Translations under genes and position numbers: made by a program
From: Hemiscyllium ocellatum
Taxonomy: Eukaryota
NCBI RefSeq assembly: GCF_020745735.1
Contig: NC_083413.1
Coordinates: forward strand, 40,920,001-40,984,000
Reading direction: 5' to 3'
DNA: 64,000 nucleotides
Notes under the pieces: model-generated
Database searches by the model: none
Told to the model about the DNA's origin: nothing
The model's input: the letters and a program-made list of their open reading frames with translations, nothing else
Shown here: one piece after another, positions 52,200 to 64,000 of the stretch
How the letters are laid out: each line of letters begins with the position of its first letter
How positions within the stretch are numbered: position 1 is the first letter of the stretch

Positions 52200-54190
52200 T
52201 ATTAAGCACTAGAGTGTGACCGTACTCCCTTGGCTAATGGATCAGTGCAACTTCATGTTGGAGGAAGCAATGAGGGTGACAAGTGCACAGAATGGACTTT
52301 GGCTGGGGGATTTCAAGCCAGAGTGGCTTGACAACAGCAACGTTGAAGGAGTATTTGAGTGGGTGTAAAAAAAAACATTGGTATGCTTGGTTTATGGCAG
52401 GTGGTAAAGGAAACAAGAAGAGGGGAAAAAAAACCATATTTGACCTCTTCCTCACCAATCTGCCTGCTGCAGATTTATCTATCCTTGACTATATTGATAA
52501 GAGTGGTCACAACACAGACCTTGTGGTGATGAAATCCTGCCTTCACATTGATAATACCTTATATCATGTTGTGTGGCATTATCACCATATTAAAAAGAAC
52601 GAGCTTTGAACAGATCTAGCAACTCAAGTATGGATATGATGAGCAAAAGAATCCTGCTCCAGTGCAACCTGCAACTTCATGGCTGAGCAATACTCCCACT
52701 GTATCATTACCATCAAACCAAGGATCAACTTGGTTCAATGAAGAGTGCAGGAAGATATGCAGGCCCAGCACCTGACATACCTAAAAATCATGTGCCAACC
52801 TGGTGATCAGTAAAACAGGACTATTGCAATTCAAACAGCATAAGCTTCAAGTGATAGAACTAAGCAATCCCACAATCAATGGATCGGATTTAAATTCTGC
52901 AATCCGGCCACGTCTAGTCATGACTAGTGGTGGACAATTTAAAAAAAAAACTCACTGCAGGAGGATGCTTCACAAATATCTCCAATCTCAGTAATGAAAA
53001 ATTTTAGCACATCAATACAAAAGGTAATGCTGAAAAATTCACAACAGACTTCAGCCAGAAGTGCCAAGTGGTGACCCAACTCTATCGCCTCCAATGGTTT
53101 CCAACAATTCAGATGCCAATCTTCAGCTAATTTAAATCATTCCAAGTGCTATCAAGAAATGGTTGGAGGTGCTAGATAATGCTAGGGCTTATGGGCCCTA
53201 ACAAAATTCCAGTGATAGACTGTAGACTAGTGCTTCAGAAATTGCTGCATCCATAACCAATCTGTTCTAGTACAGCAACAACGCTGTAGATGTACTATCT
53301 ATCAATGACTACCTGATAATGTACTTGGATTCCACCTGACGATGTGGAAGATTGCCCAAGTGTGTTCTGTACACATAAAAACAGGACAAATCCAACTTGG
53401 CCAATTTGTGGGCAGCACGGTGGCACAGTGGTTAGCACTGCTGTCTCACAGCGCCTGAGACCCGGGTTCAATTCCCGACTCAGGCGACTGACTGTGTGGA
53501 GTTTGCACATTCTCCTCGTGTCTGCGTGGGTTTCCTCCGGGTGCTCCGGTTTCCTCCCACAATCCAAAGATGTGCGGGTCAGGTGAATTGGCAATACTAA
53601 ATTGCCTGTAGTGTTAGTAAGGAGTAAGTGTAGGGGTATGGGTGGGTTGCGCTTTGGCGGATTGGTGTGGACTTGTTGGGCCGAAGGGCCTGTTTCCACA
53701 CTAAGTAATCTAATCTAATTCTGCCCACCAGGGTACTCTATACCATCAGTAAAGTGATACATGCTAGAAATCTTGCAGCAAGTAACTCAACCCCTGACTC
53801 CCTAAAGCCCATCTATTATCTACAAGGTACTTACTTTTACTATGTAAAAGAATAATTGCCACTTAACTGAATGAGTGCAGCTCCAACAGCACTTGAGAAG
53901 TTTGACACGATCCAGGACACAGCAGCCTGCTTGATTGGCACCTCATCCACAAATATCTACTCCCTCCACCATCAATACTCAGTGGCAAGTGTGTATCATG
54001 TATAAATGATGCATGCAGAAATTTACCAAAGATCCTTAGATCGCACTTTTGCTGCCACTAACACTACCATGTGGAAGGATAAGAGCAAGCAGATACATTA
54101 CCATCTACAAGTTTCCCTCCAAGCCACTCACCATCCTGACTTGGAAATTTACTGCCTTTCCTCCAATGTCACTAGGTGAAACCCTGGAAG
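52200..54190 (+). mobile_element. Old non-LTR retrotransposon remnant
   Basis: IFDLFLTNLP..SGH endonuclease-end remnant; 3' part similar to 32000-32400. Confidence 0.6.
53410..53718 (+). mobile_element. HE1 SINE, little diverged
   Basis: Full-length with taatctaatct tail. Confidence 0.92.
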
Positions 54191-54937
54191 TGTGAATAAA
54201 GAAAAGCGATGTTTTGTTTAAACAGACAACCGATTACTCTGGAAGAGATGTATTAAGTTAACTGACTGAGAGGGGCACCTCTACTAAATAACATGTCTGA
54301 AGTTAGGATACAATGGGAAGTAATATTAGCAAGATATCCATCACCTTTAAGTAAAACTGTTCAGTCTTTAATTGGCCATGCGCTGTTCATACATCGTCAA
54401 GTCAATTAGAGTTGAGGAAGCCTTTTATCATGAATGGTAGGGCTGGCAAGAGTTAATAAGCTATGACTCTTAGTAAGAAGAAAGAAGAACTACGACAGAA
54501 GACAAAAAGAGAACTTCAGGTAACAGAGCAGAAACAAGAGTGATGCCTCCCATCAGCAAGAGGTCACAAACCAGTACTCCATTGTGAATTAAGTAGTTTT
54601 GTTAAGTATCATTGTTCTGTACTTTTAAACTTCAATTCTATAAAACTTGTGAAAATATACTTGCAAAGGTTTTGTTACTAATGAGGGCAAGAACATTTTT
54701 AGAATGGCTCTCCCAAACTTAACTGTCTATGATCATAATTGGTGTAAGTCTTGCAAGTAAGGTAAAGTGAACTCCAAAATCTCTTACAGGCACTTGCCAA
54801 CCCATGAAAATTCATCCCAAGCAATAAATAATAACTTATTACTAAATCCCAGTTTCTACATTTGATTTAAAGGGATGTATAAAAGAAGAAAGGTTAACAT
54901 GGGAAGAAACATTTTCACTAGGGTATGGTATAGAATA

Positions 54938-55157
54938 GAAAATGTGTTGCTGGAAAAGTGCAGGTCAGGCAGCATCCAAGGAGCAGGCGGGTCGACGTTT
55001 CGGGCATGAGCCCTTCAGGAAAACCTGCATTCCTGAAGAAGGGCTCAAGCCCGAAACGTCGACTCTCCTGCTCCTTGGATGCTGCCTGACCTGCTGCGCT
55101 TTTCCAGCAACACATTTTCAGCTCTGATCTCCAGCATCTGCAGACTTCACTTTCTCC
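54938..55157. mobile_element. Fold-back pLTR mini-element (family B) with perfect 14-bp TSD
   Basis: tatggtatagaata at 54924-54937 and 55158-55171; ~80-bp inverted arms. Confidence 0.9.
55029..55064 (+). ncRNA. Minimal hammerhead ribozyme motif with intact core
   Basis: AUUC CUGAAGA A GGGC UCAA GCCC GAAACGUC GACU; predicted cleavage after C55060. Confidence 0.65.
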
Positions 55158-55699
55158 TATGGTATAGAATACACTGACTGAAAAATCTGGTGAAGGCAGG
55201 TTCAATTGAGGCATTTTAAAGGATGTTGGAGGAGTATATGGATGGAAATAGTATGCAGAGAATGGGAAAAACCAGATTACTAAATGCCAATGAAAATCAT
55301 TTGCAGAGTCAATGCAATTCTTGATTCTGCGATACAAGAAACCTTGGAGCATAATTACTGCATATCTTGTGATGAAAGTCATGAACAAAATATCATTATT
55401 CAAGGCTTGCAAAGTAGTCATATGTATGATCATGACACAGATGGTTGCTATTGCATCCAAAGACCAATTTCCCCAGAGTGAAAACATAGTTGACATGATG
55501 CACATGGTTCAGGTGAATGGAGCGATGGGACATTTGTGAAGGGCAGGATAGATGATGGCAAATTTAAATTTTGGATGAATGTTTAAGATCATGACATACC
55601 TGTGAACTGGCACAAAGGGATGAGTAGAAAAAGTGTAGTACCAGACTTGATAGTGAGTCCAGAACTACAACTTGCATCAGCCAACTATCATGTATAGGT

Positions 55700-56589
55700 A
55701 AAAACAATGACTGCAGATGCTGGAAACCAGATTCTGGATCAGTGGTGCTGGAAGAGCTCAGCAGTTCAGGCAGCATCCAACAAGCAGCGAAATAGACGTT
55801 TCGGGCAAAAGCCCTTCATCAGGAATAAAGGCAGTGAGCTGGAAGCATGGAGAGATAAGCTAGAGGAGGGCGGGGTGGGGAGAGAGTAGCATAGAGTATA
55901 ATGGTTGAGTGGAGGAGGAGATGAAGGTGATAGGTCAGAGTGGATAGGTGGAAAAGAAGATAGGCAGGTCGGACAAGTCATGGGGAGAACGCTGAACTGA
56001 AAGTTTGAAACTAGGATGAGGTGGGGGAAGGGGAAATGAGGAAGCTGGTGAAGTCCACATTGATGCCCTGGGGTTGAAGTGTTCCGAGGTGGAAGATGAG
56101 GCGTTCTTCCTCCAGGCGTCTGGTGATGAGGGAGTGGCGGTGAAGGAGGCCCAGGACCTCCATGTCCTCGGCAGAGTGGGAAGGGGAGTTGAAATGTTGG
56201 GCCAAGGGGCAGTGTGGTTGATTGGTGCGGGTGTCTCGGAGATGTTCCCTAAAGCGCTCTGCTAGGAGGCGTCCAGTCTCCCCAATGTAGAGGAGACCGC
56301 AACGGATACAATACATGATATTAGTGGATGTGCAGGTAAAACTTTGGATGTGGAAGGCTCCTTTAGGGCCTTGGATAGAGGTGAGGGAGGAGGTGTGGGC
56401 ACAGGTTTTACAGTTCCTGCGGTGGCAAGGGAAAGTGCCAGGATGGGAGGGTGGGTCGTAGGGGGGCATGGACCTGACCAGGTAGCCACGGAGGGAACGG
56501 GCTTTGCGGAAGGCGGAAAGGGGTGGGGTGGGAAATATATCCCTGGTGGTGGGGTCTTTGGAGGGGCGGAAATGTCGGCAGATGATTTG
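55700..56589 (-). mobile_element. Penelope-like element 3' end: GIY-YIG endonuclease plus pLTR
   Basis: ORF 56011-56469: CHRRNCKTC, IMYCIRCGLLYIGETGR..ERFREH, HFN, E..LI..LGTLQPQGIN; possible TSD gtataggt. Confidence 0.9.
55791..55826 (-). ncRNA. Minimal hammerhead ribozyme motif (family B)
   Basis: AUUC CUGAUGA A GGGC UUUU GCCC GAAACGUC UAUU. Confidence 0.55.
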
Positions 56590-56599
56590 GTATAGGTGT

Positions 56600-57075
56600 C
56601 AACTTGGTAGTACTGTTGCCTCTGAAATGCAGTCTTCTGGATTTTAGTCCCATTCCAGGGCTTGAGTACAAAACTCAAGACTAACATTCTAGTGCATTAC
56701 TGAGGAAGGCATTGCAGTGTTGAAGGTACAGTTTTTCGGATGAATGTTAAACAGATGATCGTCGGTCTTTTCTGACTGATGTAAAAATCCTATGGCATTA
56801 CTGTGAAAAAGAGAAGCGATTGTAATCCGTGGCAACCTGGCTAATATTTGGCCTTGCATCAACTTCACAAATTTAAAAAGTTGTTAGATCATTATCGCAG
56901 TGATTATTTTGCAGAGTTTGCCAAGCACACATTGTTTGCCGCAATTCCTGCATTACGGTGTTCAAGTACCTATTCGAGATGGCTTAGGGAATCCCTAATG
57001 GACTTGACCTGTAAGCCTCTCTTGGTTCGTCCTAGAGATAGTACTCTGTGGTAGTTTGGAATATAAAACTCTTAC
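56600..57075 (+). mobile_element. SacSINE1/DeuSINE-like ancient SINE
   Basis: tRNA-like head then Deu-domain-like ttcggatgaatgttaaac...gatgtaaaaatcctatggca. Confidence 0.6.
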
Positions 57076-57588
57076 GGACAGTTTAGTTTAAATTATTACC
57101 TTTTATTTACCAATGTTGTATTATAACATAGATACCTATAAGCCAGGCTTGAACTAAGGCTTTAAAACCATTAGCAGAGTAGCGACACCAGCTCTTACCC
57201 CTAAGAGCTCTCTCAGGCCACTCCTCTTACTGCTGCAAACAAGCTGTCTTTATACAGGAATTGGTACTGAGATGATATAAAAAAAATACATGTCCTAAAT
57301 CAGATAAGCAGCAATAAAATGGAAAACGTTTGTAGAAGACAATAAACTAATTGACAGATCTGAGTATGCTTGACTAATTAAGCTACATGCACATCAAAGT
57401 GGCAAACCCCAATCAAGCCAGGCCAAATGCCTTGGCTCGATAACCATCCCTTTTAACAGTACGTCATAATGAGAGACTAGTCTACACTATGTGGAAAAGG
57501 TCATGAGGTAACCTTGTTCAGCTAACATGCCCATTACCATTGTCCTATAAAATGGCTTTTTAACAATTATCTTAGATTCTTAGATTTA

Positions 57589-60150
57589 GGCGGCACGGTG
57601 GCGCAGTGGTTATCAGTGCTGCCTCACAGCGCCAGAGACCCAGGTTTAATTCCCACCTCAGGTGAGTGACTGTGTGGACAATAGACAATAGGTGCAGGAG
57701 TAGGCCATTCTGCCCTTCGAGCCTGCACCACCATTCAATATGATCATGGCTGATCATCCTCAATCAGTATCCTGTTCCTGCCTTATCTCCAGAACCCTTG
57801 ATTCCACTATCCTTGAGAGCTCTATCCAACTCTTTCCTAAATGAATCCAGAGACTGGGCTTCCACTGCCCTCTGGGGCAGAGCATTCCACACAGCCACAA
57901 CACTCTGGGTGAAGAAGTTTCTCCTCATCTCTGTCCTAAATGGTCTACCCCGTATTTTTAAGCTGTCTCCTCTGGTTCGGCACTCACCCATCAGCGGAAA
58001 CATGTTTCCTGCCTCCAGAGTGTCCAATCCTTTAATAATCTTATGTTTCAGTCAGATCCCCTCTCAGTCTTCTAAACTGAAGGGTATGCAAGCCCAGTCG
58101 CTTCAGTCTTTCAGCGTAAGGTAGTCCCGCCATTCCAGGAATTGACCTCGTGAACCTACGCTGCACTTCCTCAATAGCCAGGATGTCTTTCCTCAAATTT
58201 GGAGCCCAGAACTGCACACAGTACTCCAGGTGTGGTCTCACCAGGGCCCTGTACAGCTGCAGAAGAACCTCTTTGCTTCTATACTCAATCCCTCTTGTTA
58301 TGAAGGCCAGCATGCTATTAACCTCCTTCACTCCTTGCTGTACCTGCATGCTTACCTTCATTGACTGGTGTACAAGAACACCCAGATCTCTTTGTACTGC
58401 CCCTTTACCAAAATTGATTCCATTTAGGTAGTAATCTGCCTTCCTGTTCTTGCCACCAAAGTGGATAACCATACATTTATCCACATTAACTGCATCTGAC
58501 CACTCACCTAACCTGTCTAGGTCATCCTGTAATCTCCTAACATCCTCCTCACATTTCACCCTGCCACCCAGCTTAGTATCATCAGCAAATTTGCTAATGT
58601 TATTGCTAATACCATCTTCTATATCATTATCCCTGCGGTACCCCACTGGTCACTGCCTGCTATTCCAAAATGGAGCCGTTTATCACTACTCTTTGTTTCC
58701 TATCAGCCAACCAACTTTCAATCCAAATTAGTACTTTGCCCCCAATACCATGTGCCCTAATTTTGCTCACTAGCCTCCTATGTGGGACTTTATCAAAAGC
58801 TTTCTGAAAGTCCAGGTACACTACATCTACTGGATCTCCCCGGTCCATCTTCAGAGTTACATCCTCAAAAAAAATTCCAGAAGATTAGTCAAGCATGATT
58901 TCCCCTTCATAAATCTCTGACCTATCCTGTTACTACTATCCAGATGTGTCATAATTTCATCCTTTATAATAGACTCCAGCATCTTTCCCACTACTGAGGT
59001 CAGACTAACTGGTCTATAATTTCCTGCTTTCTCTCTCCCACCTTTCTTAAAAAGTGGTACAACATTAGCTACCCTCCAATCCGCAGGAACTGATCCTGAA
59101 TCTATCGAAGTCTGGAAAATAATCACCAACGCATCCACGATTTCTCGAGCCACCTCCTTCAGTATCCTGGGATGTGGACCATCAGGCCCCAGGGACTTAT
59201 CAACCTTCAGACCTAACCATCTCTCCAACACCCAATTCCTGGCAAATACAAATTCCTTTCAGTTCAGGTCCTTCAGTCACTGTTACCTCAGGGAGATTGC
59301 TTGTGTCTTCCCCAGTGAACACAGATCTGAAGTACCAATTCAATTCTTCTGCCATTTCTTTGTTCCCCATAATATATTCCCCTGTTTCTGTTTTCAAGGG
59401 CCCAATTTTAGTCTTAGCCATTTTTTTTTGCCTTTCACATACCTAAAAAAGCTTTTACTATCCTCCTTTATATTTTTGGCCAGTTTACCTTCATACCTTA
59501 TTTTTTCTCTGCGTATTTCCTTCTTAGTAATCCTCTGTTGTTCTTTAAAAGCTTCCCAGTCCTCTATTTTCCTACTTATCTTTGCTATATTATACTTTTT
59601 CCTCTTTTAACTTAACTTCCCTCGTCAGCCACGGCCACCCGTGCCTTCCCCTTAGGATCTTTCTTCCTTTTTGGAATGAACTGATCCTGCATCTTCTGCA
59701 TTATACCCAGAAATATCTGCCATTGTTCTTCCACTGTCATCCCTGCTAAGGTATTGCACCATTGAACTTTGGCCAGCTCATCCTCATAGCTCCATAGTTC
59801 CCTTTATTCAACAAAAATATTGTCACTTCCGATTGTACCCTCTCTCTCTCAAATTGCAGATTGAAGCTTATTGTATTATGGTCACTACTTCCCAATGGCT
59901 CCTTCACTTCGAGGTCCCTGATCAATTCTTTGCACACTCTCTCCATGTCTGTGTAGGTTTCCTCTGGGTCCTCCCACATTCCAAAGGATGTGCAGGTCAA
60001 GTGAATTGGCCATGCTAAATTGCCCATAGTGTTAGATGAAGGGGTAAATGTAGGGGAATGGGTCTGGGTGGGTTGCGCTTCGGCGGGTTGGTGTGGACTT
60101 GTTGGGCCGAAGGGCCTGTTTCCACACACTAAGTAATCTAATCTAATCTA
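57589..60150 (+). mobile_element. HE1 SINE split by a CR1 insertion (parts 57589-57678 and 59929-60150)
   Basis: ctgtgtgga | tttgcac junction rejoins into a complete SINE. Confidence 0.88.
57679..59928 (-). mobile_element. 2.25-kb CR1 LINE ORF2 fragment
   Basis: LGSSDHN, NYRPVSLTSVVGK, YLDFQKAFDKVPH, KFADDTKLGG, LYRALVRPHLEYC; (CTATTGT)n tail. Confidence 0.93.
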
Positions 60151-61169
60151 ATTCCCAAAATGCAAATTAAAGTCTTAACATTCCTGGATCTTGATCCCCA
60201 GGGAACGACACCAACAACATTCAATCCATGACAAGCAAGTGTACACTTGAATCAGACCACAAAAAGTGAATCTTTCCACCAGCTTCCGTCCTGTCTCTCC
60301 CCCTCTCTCTCAGCTAGTGTCCCTTGAACCCTTCGGTCAGTGAATATAATTTACAGAAGGATTCACTTGCACTTGGACTTGCTCTCGCTCTCGCTCACAT
60401 TCTCTTGTATGAACATCTTCCAACCTTCTTGAATCTTAAATAACTTAGACCATGAAAAAAAGGTTGCAGAATAGGCTTAGAACAAAACTAGAAGCACAAG
60501 ATCTCATGATAAAATTTTGGTGGTTGCTGATAGACCTCAGGCTAGACTAAAAGGAGTGGAGCAAAGGAATTAGATAATTGGAGAGAGTTGATAGTTTATT
60601 TTGAAGGACCAAATCTTTATGCATTTGGGTTTGTATTGTAAAGTCCTAGCAGTTGGAACTTGAAATGCGTGTTGCCAGATGTTTTGAAGAGTGACTATTT
60701 ATACACGTTTAAGTGTGAGCTGTAATGCGTTTGCAACAGTAATCTTGATTTTTTTTAAGCCCTGTTGATCATATATTCGTGGTTTTCGATCCAAGATAGT
60801 GGCAGAGTAGGTCTCCTCAGCCGGAGTTAGTCTGTTAATTCTTTTTCTTTTCTTCTCTTTTGTATTTTAGTTTTCTTCCTCCTCCTTGGTGATGCGCTGA
60901 ACTCCTGGTCTCAGTGTGGAATCAGTGCAGACCTATCGTGGCAATCTCTTGGCTTGGTGTTGTGATCTCTCAGTAGCCCAGCACGGTCTTAGCTTGGACA
61001 TCTGGCCTCAAAATGATTCCAAAATTGCCTCCTGGAGATGAAGCCGTGCACGTCTGGAGTCCAGACCCGGTGCGCACTGGAGGCTAGGAGCTAGTGTGAA
61101 CTGAGTTGGAAGGATTGTTATTCCAAACTTTTTTTATTTCTTTACTTTTCTTTCCCCTAAGAATTTTGG

Positions 61170-62105
61170 ATGTCCACCTAGGAGGTATGGTTAGTATGTT
61201 TGCAGATGACACCAAAATTGATGGTGTAATGGACAGTGAAGAAGGTTACGTCAGAATGTATCCGGCACTTGTCAGCCCATTGGTCTATCTGATCAAGTGG
61301 CAGATGGAGTTTAATTTAGATAAATGTGAGGTGCTGCATTTTGGAAAGGCAAATCAGCAAAGGACGTGTACACTTAATGGTAAGGGCCTGGGGAGTGTTG
61401 CTAAACCAACGGACTTTGGAATGCAGCTTCATAGTTCCTTAAAAGTGGATTTGCAGGTAGATAGGGTAGTGAAGAAGCTATTTGGTATGCTTTCTCTTAT
61501 TGGTCAGTGCATTGAATATAGGAGTTGGGAAGTCATGTTGTGACTGTACAGAAGATTAGTTATGCCACTATTGGAATACTGCATTCAATTCTGGTCTCCT
61601 TGCTATAGGAAAGATACTGTGAAACCTGAAAGGGCTCTGAAGACCTTTACAAGGATGTCGCCATGGTTGGAGGATTTGGGCTATTAGGAGAAGTTGACTA
61701 AGCTGGTCCTATTTTCCCTGGAGCATCAGAGGCTGAGGGGTGACATTTTATAGAAGTTTATAAAATCGTGAGGGACATCAATAGGGTGAATAACCAAGGT
61801 TTCTTCTCTGGGGTAGGAGAGTCCAAAACTAGAAGGCATAGGTTTGGGGTGAGAGGGGAAAGACTTTTATAAGGGACCAGTGGGCAATCTTTTCATGCAG
61901 AGGATGGTATGTAAATGGATTGAGCTGCCAGAGGAAGTGGTGGAGGCGGTGCAGTTGCAACATTTAAAAGACATCCGGATGGGTATACGACTAGGGTATG
62001 GGCCAAATGCTGTCAAATGGGACTAGGTTAATTTAGAATTTCTGGTTGGCATGGACGAGTTAGACTGAAGGTCCTGTTTTCATACTGTACAGCTCTGTAA
62101 CTCTA
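61170..62105 (+). mobile_element. HER1/CR1 3' fragment
   Basis: FADDTKIDG, WQMEFNLDKCEVLHFG. Confidence 0.88.
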
Positions 62106-62618
62106 ATTTGTACTTAAGAATCTATACCTGGGTACATTTGTACCGAAGATGGTATCATCAGTTGTGACATGTAAACTTTTCACTGCACTCATTTGAGTAC
62201 ATGTGACAATAAGGCTAATTCAAATTCAAATTCAATAGATAAAAGGTTTTCTTTCTACAAGACAGTACTTTTTAAAGAGCAGTACTACTTTAAGCTGCCT
62301 GAAGAGGTAATAGCTGCAGTATGAAAACTAGATATAAAAAATTGTATTTGTAACCTTAGCGACACTTCCAGCACGATTTTTTTTGGTAAAATTTAGTTTT
62401 GCTAATAACAGCTTGTATTTAAATAAAAGCAAATCCAGCAACATCGTACGAGTACCGATAGGAAAATTTTCAGGCACTTTCATGAAGCTAACTGATGATT
62501 TCTTCAAGGGTGGTGCTGCAGAATTTGAAAAGTACTAATTAGATAAGGATGAAATTTAAACAGAAAACAACAAATGCTGGAAATCACAGCGGATCAGGCC
62601 GCATCCATGGAGAGAGCA

Positions 62619-62657
62619 AGCGAACGTTTCAAGTCTAGATGATTCTTCATCAGCGCT
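62619..62657 (-). ncRNA. Minimal hammerhead ribozyme motif in a pLTR-like element (~62561-62667)
   Basis: AGCG CUGAUGA A GAAUC AUCUA GACUU GAAACGUU CGCU; 4-bp stem I AGCG/CGCU. Confidence 0.6.
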
Positions 62658-62726
62658 GACATGAGGTGACGTTTAAAACTGGGAGTCAGACATTGGTGGT
62701 ATACCAACAGATTGATTCTGTTAATT

Positions 62727-62810
62727 GTGACTTGGAGGTGCCAGTGTTGTACTGGGGTGGACAAAGTTAAAAATCACACAACACAAGGTAATAGTCTAAC
62801 AGGTTTATTT
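62727..62810 (-). mobile_element. pLTR (family A) fragment
   Basis: ggaggtgccagtgttgtactggggtggacaaagttaaaaatcacacaacac. Confidence 0.7.
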
Positions 62811-64000
62811 GTGGAACCATTTAGTCTATCACTTGCTGTTTTGCCGCGAGAGTCGTCTTGTGTTGAACCTTCAACAGATTGACACCTCAATTTAGGTTTA
62901 CCTAATGCTGCTGCTGCCTAGCTCTTCTGCATTATTTATTGATCCAGAATTAATCTGCTGTCCTGATGGTAGTGGTAGAATGGGGAGTATGCTGAGCCAT
63001 GACATCACTGATTGTGCTGGAGTACAATTCTGCTGCCTCTGATGGCCCATTTCACTACTTGGGTGTCCAGTCTTGAGATGTACTTGACCTGAAGCCATGA
63101 GACTTCATATGGTCTGGAATTGTCCTTTAGCTTGTGATCCAAGATTATATGAACATTACTTCAGCAGAGCCAAATTTAATGATCAGCAGTTAATTGAGTC
63201 AGTGGCTATGAGATTCTATGTTTCAAAAAAATAAAGTGATTACATATTTTTGAAGAGGTCTGTAACATATAGTGAAGTGTTCCTCCTCTATAATATATAA
63301 TCCTTACAAAAGTTAATATCTGTTAACCTTTATTGGTTTGAAACAAATGCTGGTGTTAAAGGAAATTTCTAAAATTAATCTGGTGGATGGATATCAGTAA
63401 CTCTTTTACAAAAAAAATGCCTGGTTGTGGAAATTTGGTATATTCTCCTTTTTTCCTGGAAAGTGGCGTTAAGTTGAAATTTTGCTGTTTGCGATGGGGA
63501 AGTTTTTTTTGTCTAGCTATAGACTGGGCTCAAAGCTCTGAGAGAATTTTCAGTCTCAGGGGTTGAAGTAGTTGTCTTTCTAAAGAAATTTACAGAATAT
63601 CCTGCATAGCCTTTTAGCCATTTTGTGAAAGCCAATATTGTTTTTTTTATTAAATATGTTCCAACCATTAACTTCTGAAGGAACTATCTTTCACCTCAAT
63701 AAGATTGGGAGCTGATTTTATCTCCGGAGGTATGCTGTTATTTGTATTGAAGTTTTCAGAGACTTCATTTCTATAAGTTGAATGTGGCCTCGATGGTGTA
63801 AATAAACAGTTACTTCAATTCGGTGTCCTTTGTCTAATAGAGGTGTCATTTTCAAAAAAGTTCTCTGCGCGATTAATTATAAAGTTATAATAAAGTAGGG
63901 TGGAAATGAAATATAACTACATTTCTATGTTTAATATTGCAAATCTTCATGACATGAAGTATAATTTAAGATGCAACTAAACTTTTTTTTAAACTATTGT

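Noticed and set aside
54191-54788. Possible solo LTR (TG...CA)
   Set aside because: No convincing TSD or second copy.
54918-55505. 195-aa minus-strand ORF
   Set aside because: Runs through the fold-back pLTR element; no domain or splice support.
63130-63850. Possible LTR-like sequence with AATAAA and a CA end
   Set aside because: The 5' boundary and TSD could not be defined.
37986-64000. Exon 2 of the MFSD8-like gene (expected to start roughly AVILPTIW)
   Set aside because: Not found by eye; probably beyond the window. TBLASTN needed.

Overview
Eukaryotic genomic DNA from a cartilaginous fish. The repeat landscape (HE1 V-SINEs with (TAATC)n tails, HER1/CR1 LINEs, SacSINE1-like DeuSINE, Penelope elements) points to a shark, probably an orectolobiform; this is an inference. 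The window holds one complete protein-coding gene, POLR2H/RPB8 (+ strand, 5 coding exons, 22023-33068, 150 aa). It also holds the GC-box promoter and first coding exon of an MFSD8-like transporter (37910-37985, +); no second exon was recognised. A CpG-rich, promoter-like patch lies at about 2.6-3.3 kb. Most other identifiable sequence is transposon-derived, and most ORFs in the supplied track are repeat-derived or unsupported short ORFs. The most notable signal is a dense population of small non-coding elements derived from Penelope pseudo-LTRs (pLTRs), in at least 3 sequence families. They carry minimal hammerhead-ribozyme motifs with co-varying stems and a palindromic stem III, are often folded back as inverted dimers, and are flanked by roughly 10-18 bp target-site duplications (TSDs). 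Other oddities are a local copy of the POLR2H stop/3'UTR inside a rearranged Penelope remnant, a five-level nested TE, and a CLEAR-like motif upstream of the MFSD8-like gene. Repeat family names come from recognition, not database searches, and repeat boundaries are approximate.
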